DNA of 64,000 bases from Eledone cirrhosa (Eukaryota): the NCBI GenBank assembly GCA_964016885.1, contig OZ024740.1, positions 424,452,001 through 424,516,000 of the forward strand. The letters run 5' to 3'. Positions 54,851 through 64,000 of the stretch are shown here, in pieces. The translations under genes and the position numbers were made by a program. The notes under the pieces are model-generated. The model was given only the letters and a program-made list of their open reading frames with translations, searched no databases and was not told where the DNA came from. Within the stretch, counting starts at the first letter, position 1. Each line of letters begins with the position of its first letter.

Positions 54851-55030
54851 TTGGCAGTATCGGTAGAGGGTCGGACGCCATGCTTTCTAGCATTGAGTTA
54901 CGGGCCTTGCCATTCTGAGTTCAAATCCCGCCGAGGTTAACTTTGCCTTTCATCCTTACGGGGTCGATAAAATAAAGTACCAGTAATACACTGGATAATT
55001 GCTGGCCTTGTGCCAAAAGTAGAAACAATT
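54851..55030 (+). mobile_element. Nin-domain SINE, near full length
   Basis: TTGGCAGTATCGGTAGAG..TTCTGAGTTCAAATCCCGCCGAGGTTAACTTTGCCTTTCATCCTTACGGGGTCGATAAAATAAAGTACCAG..GTAGAAACAATTA. Confidence 0.85.
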
Positions 55031-55807
55031 ATATATATATATATATATGTCTGTGTGTGTGTGTGTGTGTGTATTATAATAATCATTTATGTTTATCTAA
55101 CTTTCTTGCTCAATCTCTCTTTCCCTCTCTTTATCTCTTTCTATCTCTTTCACTTTAGCATGGATATATCCTCTAATCTATTATAACTTTGAATCCATAC
55201 GTCTGTTTCTGTGTTACTTCAATATAGCTCAAACAGTCCATTTTATCCTAAAACTATTTTGACTAATCCCCTCTTAACAACATGCTCTTTAATTAGAATA
55301 ATTTCCAGCATAGTTCTTGGATATCTTGTATAACAAAAAGATATGTTTTCTTAAATAAATCAACACAAAGGATAGATTTGCTGCTAGCAATGGAGAAAAA
55401 CAGATTCGTGGAAAAACAATCAAACACATATACGAACACAGATAATAGAGTTCCCGCGCCAGCACCACCAAAATAAACGTGGCCGACTCAAATATACCAA
55501 TGGCTTGCACACACATATCGTACAGGAGGATAGGAGAAAGAAAGGGGATGAATATGTTTAGGAGGTATTGAGAATGACAAAATGAGGAAGAAGCAGAGAC
55601 GAGGAGTTGAGAGAAATAAATGAGTGATTATTAAATAAGAGAGAATATGTGAGATATAATGAAGGAGAAGGGTGAGCAATCTGTGATAGTTTCGTTTGTT
55701 TATATAAATTATATATATGATATATATCTATGTTGATATACATAGATGTATATATATGTGTGTGTATATATATACATAGATGTATATATATATATACACA
55801 TATATAT

Positions 55808-55862
<55 letters not shown>

Positions 55863-55863
55863 T

Positions 55864-55901
<38 letters not shown>

Positions 55902-56085
55902 CATAGCTATATAGCTATTATATATATATATAATTATCGTTTTTTCTTCTGTCTGAAGCTACCGGTCACGCATGCGTTATGCTAAAAGTACAGAAGCCCA
56001 CTTCCTGTTCATCTGTCTTACCGCTCAAATACGTTTACATCCTAGTGATAGCATTGAAAAAAACCAATGACTATCTATCTATCTA

Positions 56086-56155
<70 letters not shown>

Positions 56156-56297
56156 CAATACATATATATATAATATCTATATGTTATATATATTTATATA
56201 TATATATATTATATATATATATTTATTAAAATAACATTAAAGTTTAAGCAAAGAATCGCCCTCTTTGGATTTTAGTCTTCAAATTTATTATTATTAC

Positions 56298-56393
<96 letters not shown>

Positions 56394-56592
56394 ATATATA
56401 TATTATATATATATACATACATATAATATATATATATTATATATATATACATATATATATACATATTATATATATACATATTATATATATGCATATATAT
56501 ATATATATATAATAATATATATATATATATTATATATGTATATATATATATACATATATGTATATATATATATATATATATATACATATATG

Positions 56593-56628
<36 letters not shown>

Positions 56629-56664
56629 TAATATATTATATATATATATGTATGTATATATATA

Positions 56665-56704
<40 letters not shown>

Positions 56705-56881
56705 AACGAGTAGGACCCCGACGGCTGAGCTCAAGCCGTTTCGACGGCTAATTCTGGACTAAATAAATTTATTTACCCACTCTACTACCCTAAGTATTGA
56801 GTACTTTGGTGCGTTATGGTCCACCTGGTTCCTTACCACATTTCCCTCGTTATATATATATATACATATTATATATATATA

Positions 56882-56983
56882 TAATTGTTTCTACTTTTGG
56901 CACAAGGCCAGCAAATTTCTCAGTGTATTACTGGTACTTTATTTTATCGACCCCGTAAGGATGAAAGGCAAAGTTAACCTCGG
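56882..56983 (-). mobile_element. Nin-domain SINE 3' half
   Basis: Reverse match to 54930-55030. Confidence 0.8.
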
Positions 56984-58335
56984 TGTGATTTAATGATAAA
57001 ATGATAAGTATGGATATATGGGAGAAAAGGACACAGAGAAAAGGAGAATGAGTGACAGACAGAAGGCATAGAGAGAGAGAGTGTGTGAGAGAGAGAGAGT
57101 GTTTGTGTGTGAGAGAGAGAGAGAGCGTGTGTGCGTGAGTGTTTGAGAGAAAGAGAGTGTGTGTGTGTGTGAGAGAGAGAATGTGTGTGTGTGTGTGTGT
57201 GTGTGTGAAATAAATAGGTAGATAGATATAAATAGACATCGTCTGATGGACGGAAAGATATGAAGGAGACCAGAGAAATATATAGTTTCCCTAAAACTTT
57301 ATAATGTGTATTTTCTAGAGACACATACTTTCGAGGGTGTAGATAACAATTTTGTTGATAATACATATATTAAATAACATAGACAGACAGACAGATGTAT
57401 ATATATATATGTATATATACATCTCTCTGACTCTATCTTATTCAATTAACCTTTTCGTAAATCATATATATTATATAAATTATGTTTAGACGTTCAAAAT
57501 TTCTTTTATAAATAAATTAATTTTAGTAACCCTCACATTACTTCCGGTTTTTTCCGTGTGTAAAAAGTAAAAATGCTAATTTTTTTTTTTTCAGTTTTAT
57601 CAACATAATCATTATCTACACTTTATCGAAAATGTCTGAGCCAAATATAGATTATCGTCTGTATATCTGTGTCAATCTACCTCCATGTGTAGATCAACTA
57701 ATACCTATGTTAGGATATTATGATTCAATTGAAGTAGATTGTATTTTTAATCATTTCTACCTGTTCTGCAAAGATAAAAATGAACACAAATAATCTTTAA
57801 TTCCTTGGGTCAACGCAATAATGCAGATTGAGCAAGATTTATTATTTATTCATTTCCAACGTTTTTTTTTTTTTTCATATATTTTTGTTTATTTTTGCTG
57901 AAACATGTGTCAGAAAATTAAAATGACATAATTATGTTTGTTATATTTTGTGATAATTACAATAACATTGACACGGTTCATTGCATTTATTTACATGGCT
58001 TTGGATTTATAAATAATTTTCCGGATTAATAATTTTCCGGATTATTTCTTTGATGAAAAGATTCATGTTGTCGTGCAGATAGTAGAAATTATATTGAGCT
58101 TGAAATGTTATTGGCATAACTCCTATATTTACCCGATTATTTAACATATGTGTGTATATGTATATATATTTATATATATGTATGTGTATATATAGATATA
58201 TGTGCATTTCACATATATTTGTATACATGTATGTGTGTATAGATATATATACATTTCACATATATATGTATTTTTGTATATATATTTGTATAAGAATATA
58301 GATTCATATATATATATATATGTGTGTGTATATAA

Positions 58336-58388
<53 letters not shown>

Positions 58389-58774
58389 TATATGTTTATA
58401 TATAGAAATATATATGTATATGTATACATATGTGTGTGTATATTCATTCATATGTGTGTGGTCGTGTGTGTGCGTGCATGCTTATATATATATATATATA
58501 TATTATATATAAATATGCATATATATATATACATATATGCATGATTATATATACATATATATGTATATACATATATATATATACATGCACATATTTATAT
58601 ACACATTAATATATATATATATATTTATATTTGTATATATATATATAATAGACAATATATATTTATGTGTGTGTGCTTGTGTGTGTCTGTGTGTGAGTGT
58701 ATATATATATAAGATCCAATATATATATAATAAACAATATATATATAATATACAATATATATATATAATATACA

Positions 58775-58862
<88 letters not shown>

Positions 58863-59128
58863 CTACATACTTACATACTTGTGTGTGTGTTTAAAATGTT
58901 AGCCAGTTCTGTTGCTCAGAGATCGTGTTTTGAAACTAAAAACAACTAAACGTGAGACTGTCATTTCACTCCTTCAAAACGCACACACATTCTCTTTCAC
59001 ATTTGTCTACACACACACACACCCCACACACATACACATATATATAAAGGTATATACATACACATTATGTATACACACACACACATATTACATACATACA
59101 CACACACAAACATATGTGTGTGTGTGTA

Positions 59129-59187
<59 letters not shown>

Positions 59188-59682
59188 ATATATACATATA
59201 CATTATGTATATACACATACACATATATATATACATATATATTCTATATGTATCATATATATAAATATATACACAAATATATTATACACACACACATATA
59301 TATATATTTATATATATACACCTATACCTATATTTATATATATGTAACACACACGCATATACACGCATATACATATATATTTATTTTTATTTATATTTCA
59401 AAGTGTGTGTATGTGTGTGTGTGTGTATGTGTGTGTGTGTGTGTGTGTATGTGTGTGTGTGTCTTATGTTTGTATCTGTGTCTGAGTTTATGAAGCGTAA
59501 TATGTCGGTTCGATAAAAACTAATCGATAACATAAGTACGAGACATGAAGAAACAATAATGGTTACGATATGATCAAGTAATCGTGTGGTGGCCTCGTCA
59601 TAACCACAATCTAATCGTTGAGAGTAATAACATTGTAGTAAAATACTGAACCAGCACATGCTATTATACATGTATGAATAGG

Positions 59683-59723
<41 letters not shown>

Positions 59724-59921
59724 CGTATGATGCGATTGAAAGGGTATTGGACTGTAAAACCCATGCTAGTGGAGGTATATATATATATATATATAGATAT
59801 ATATATATGTATGTATATTATATATTATATATATATTATGTATATATATAATACATATAATATATATTATATATTATATATTATATACATTATATATATT
59901 ATATATATAATATAATATATA

Positions 59922-59985
59922 TAAAATAAAGTACCAGTAATAAACTGGGATAACTGCTGGCCTTGTGCCAAAAGTAGAAACAATT
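59922..59985 (+). mobile_element. Nin-domain SINE tail
   Basis: TAAAATAAAGTACCAGTAAT..CTGGCCTTGTGCCAAAAGTAGAAACAATTA. Confidence 0.75.
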
Positions 59986-60475
59986 ATATATATTATATAT
60001 ATAATATAAAATATATATAATATTGTATATATATTATATAATATATATATTTATAATATATATTATACATTATATATATATCTATCATTTATATCATATA
60101 TATATTATATATATTATATATAATACATATATTATATATTTATATTATATATAATACATATATTATATATATATAATACATACATACATATATATACTAT
60201 ATATATTATACATACATGCATATATATATCATATATATATATATCATATATATATTATACATACATGCATATATATATATATATCATATATATATCTATA
60301 TATATATATATTACACACACATATATATAATTATTTATATATGCTCTCTCACTGTTTCTCTCTACACACACACATTAAACATATTTACGAGGTATTGTTG
60401 AGCCCAAAACGAACATGTAAGTGTTTGTAAAGTGTAACTCGGAATCAACCTAAACACGGCTGCACTTATTTTAAA

Positions 60476-60847
60476 ACATATATACATTTCATATAGAAAT
60501 TATATATACATTTCATATAGAAATTATATATACATTTCATATAGAAATTATATATACATTTCATATAGAAATTATATATACATTTCATATAGAAATTATA
60601 TATACATTTCATATAGAAATTATATATAAATTTCATATAGAAATTATATATACATTTCATATAGAAATTATATATAAATTTCATATAGAAATTATATATA
60701 CATTTCATATAGAAATTATATATACATTTCATATAGAAATTATATATAAATTTCATATAGAAATTATATATACATTTCATATAGAAATTATATATACATT
60801 TCATATAGAAATTATATATACATTTCATATAGAAATTATATATACAT
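60476..60847 (+). repeat. 24-bp minisatellite TATACATTTCATATAGAAATTATA, ~15 copies
   Basis: Direct; each unit is quasi-palindromic (ATTTC-ATATA-GAAAT). Confidence 0.95.
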
Positions 60848-61356
60848 CAGTTAGTCGATTTGTGCTATAAAAACGCATCAGTAAATTTTTTATTGTATCC
60901 CGAAAATTTCTTTAAGATTCTACGAAAAAAATGAGGCTTCTATTTTTTTTTTCACCAGTCAAAATCGTCTACGCTTTCCTTAAATTCCTTTCTATTTTTT
61001 GTGTGAATTTTACGTTTTCAAACAAAATTCCAAACCCTAACCGTATCTCAAACCGTATCACTAAGGATTGGGATTATAAGTAGGGTTTGGGTTAGTGTTA
61101 GATTTAAGATTTAACATTTATAGTTAGGATTAGGGTTTATGGTTAGGATTTAAAGTTTTATGTGAAGGGTTTGCCTTTAATGTCAGAGTTTATAATAAAG
61201 GTTCCGGAAATAAAAACAAAAAATATTATCACAAATTAAAAAATTAGTGGCACCTCTCCGCGATATATCCTAACTTTTTATTTATATTGTATGTATATAT
61301 ATACACACACATATATACACATATGTATATATGCACACCCACGAATACGCACACAA

Positions 61357-61390
<34 letters not shown>

Positions 61391-61428
61391 GCACATAAAT
61401 ATATATGTAGATATATACATATGTATAA

Positions 61429-61518
<90 letters not shown>

Positions 61519-61558
61519 TTATATATATATACATCCAACCTTACACACAAACACAGAC

Positions 61559-61625
<67 letters not shown>

Positions 61626-62088
61626 TCATGTATCTACACATACATATCAAAATTATATTAACTATATTGTCACCTATGAAATACGTGTGCGTTGTTTCGC
61701 CTTACTTCGTTTATTGTAACATTTCAAGAAATACGGAACTTGTTAGAAATGTTATAAATATTGTATGCAAAATAATTTAATGAGAATCACCCTGCTTTTG
61801 GTTCCAGACTTTTGGATAGACAGAGATACAAACACACACACACACACACACACATATATATGTATATATTTATATAAATAGTGTGTATTCATATATATAT
61901 ATAGGAACAAGTAGGACCCTACAAGTGGGGTCCTACTTGTTCCTATTACCCACTCTACTACTCTAAGTATTGAGTACTTTGGTGCGTTATAGTCCATCTG
62001 GTTCCTTAGCACATTTCCTTCGTTATATATATATATATTATTTTTCGCTAATTCCAAAGCCGAAATACGATTCTCGTTAATTTATATT

Positions 62089-62177
<89 letters not shown>

Positions 62178-62194
62178 ATATATATATATATATA

Positions 62195-62407
62195 TAACGA
62201 AGGAGTTGTGGTAAGGAACCAGATGGACCATAACGCACCAGAGTCCTCAATACTTAGGGTAGTAGTGTGGGTAATAGGAAAATGTATATCCCCGACGGCA
62301 CCGACGGCAGAGCTCAAGCCGTTTCGACGGCTATTTCTGGACTAAAAGTAGTCCAGAAATAGCCGTCGAAACGGCTTGAGCTCTGCCGTCGGAGGTTATA
62401 CATTTTC

Positions 62408-62410
<3 letters not shown>
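62195..62410. mobile_element. (TA)n-inserted element with terminal fold-back and HHR 3' half
   Basis: Palindrome centred on CTGGACTAAAAGTAGTCCAG; GAAA-CGGC-TTGAGCTCT-GCCG-TC^ forms helix III plus a GUC triplet. Confidence 0.7.
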
Positions 62411-62442
<32 letters not shown>

Positions 62443-62471
62443 TAAATAAATATATATATATACATATATAA

Positions 62472-62559
<88 letters not shown>

Positions 62560-62658
62560 ATATATATATATATATAAATAAATATATATATATAATACAT
62601 ACACTACACACACACATATATATATATATGTATATATTTATATAAATAGTGTGTATTC

Positions 62659-62716
<58 letters not shown>

Positions 62717-63013
62717 CATACACTACATACACACACATATATATATATATATGTATATATTTATATAAATAGTGTGTATTCATATATATATATATATATA
62801 ATACATACACTACATACACACATAAATTACTTCATATACCCTCCATATTTATCTATTTATATATAGATATATGAGTCGCATTTCTATATTAAGTTTGATA
62901 AATATATACATATATATATACTATATATACTATATATGCTATATATACTGTACATACTATATATACTATACATACTATATATAATATACATAATATATAT
63001 ATATATATATATT

Positions 63014-63215
<202 letters not shown>

Positions 63216-63285
63216 ATATTTATACTCTGCTTTGTATTGAGTACCTTACTTACTGTGGTTACCCCCGATTGATCCCGGGATAAAC

Positions 63286-63418
<133 letters not shown>

Positions 63419-64000
63419 TCTGTAATGTGTGTGTTTGTATACACACACAATTGAGTTTCAATACAAAGTTCTCCATAAAAAATTTCAGAAATTCACCAAA
63501 TCACCAGCCCCATACAGTTGCCATTCGACCTGCTGTATGCGTCAAACCAGTTATTACCATAAAAAAGCGGACATATTTGATACTGTAGTCCGTGCTACAT
63601 TCTCACTCACAAAAAGAGAGGGAGAGAAAAAAAGATTTATCATGGCTTTGAAAGGTTTGAGCTTGTTCAGTGCACAATAGACCGTCAACGATAGAAACAG
63701 CCACAAACAACAACACATGTGCATAGATACCGCTGTGGATATGGTAGACTGAACATATACTTACATGCATACACATGTAGGTATATACTTACTTTCATAC
63801 ATACATACATACAGTTACACACACATATACATACATACATACATACATACATACATACATACACTTACACACACATATACATACAGACATACATACATAC
63901 ACTTACACACATTTACATACAGACATACATACATACACTTACACACACATATACATACAGACATACATACATACACACACACATACATACATACGTACAT

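Noticed and set aside
57632-57793. 53-codon ORF MSEPNIDY.. downstream of ACTTCCGG
   Set aside because: No recognisable homology; within chance expectation.
59486-59555. Possible decayed HHR (ATGAAGC..GAGAC around a stem)
   Set aside because: Both core boxes mismatch; cannot be supported.
63460-63570. Possible mariner terminal inverted repeat
   Set aside because: No partner end in the window and only vague similarity.

Overview
AT-rich, repeat-saturated eukaryotic non-genic DNA, most likely an Octopus-like cephalopod (inferred from the tRNA-derived Nin/CORE-type SINEs, Dong/R4 and CR1-type LINE relics, and extreme (TA)n/(CA)n density). No intact host gene is supported; the long ORFs in the track are translations of tandem repeats. 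About half the window is three satellites (50-bp, 1-9.2 kb; 51-bp, 15.6-35.35 kb; 28-bp, 36.8-38.6 kb), each apparently amplified from a piece of a transposable element beside it. The main hidden signal is RNA-level. A near-perfect 310-bp tandem array (42.64-45.03 kb; about 6.2 units on +, 1.3 inverted units on -) carries a type I hammerhead ribozyme (HHR) in every unit, like a non-LTR retrozyme. Around it, more than a dozen further intact or decayed HHRs from several unrelated short families sit in (TA)n tracts, often as fold-back palindromes, consistent with Penelope-like element (PLE) pseudo-LTRs. All calls were made by eye; no searches or folding programs were run.
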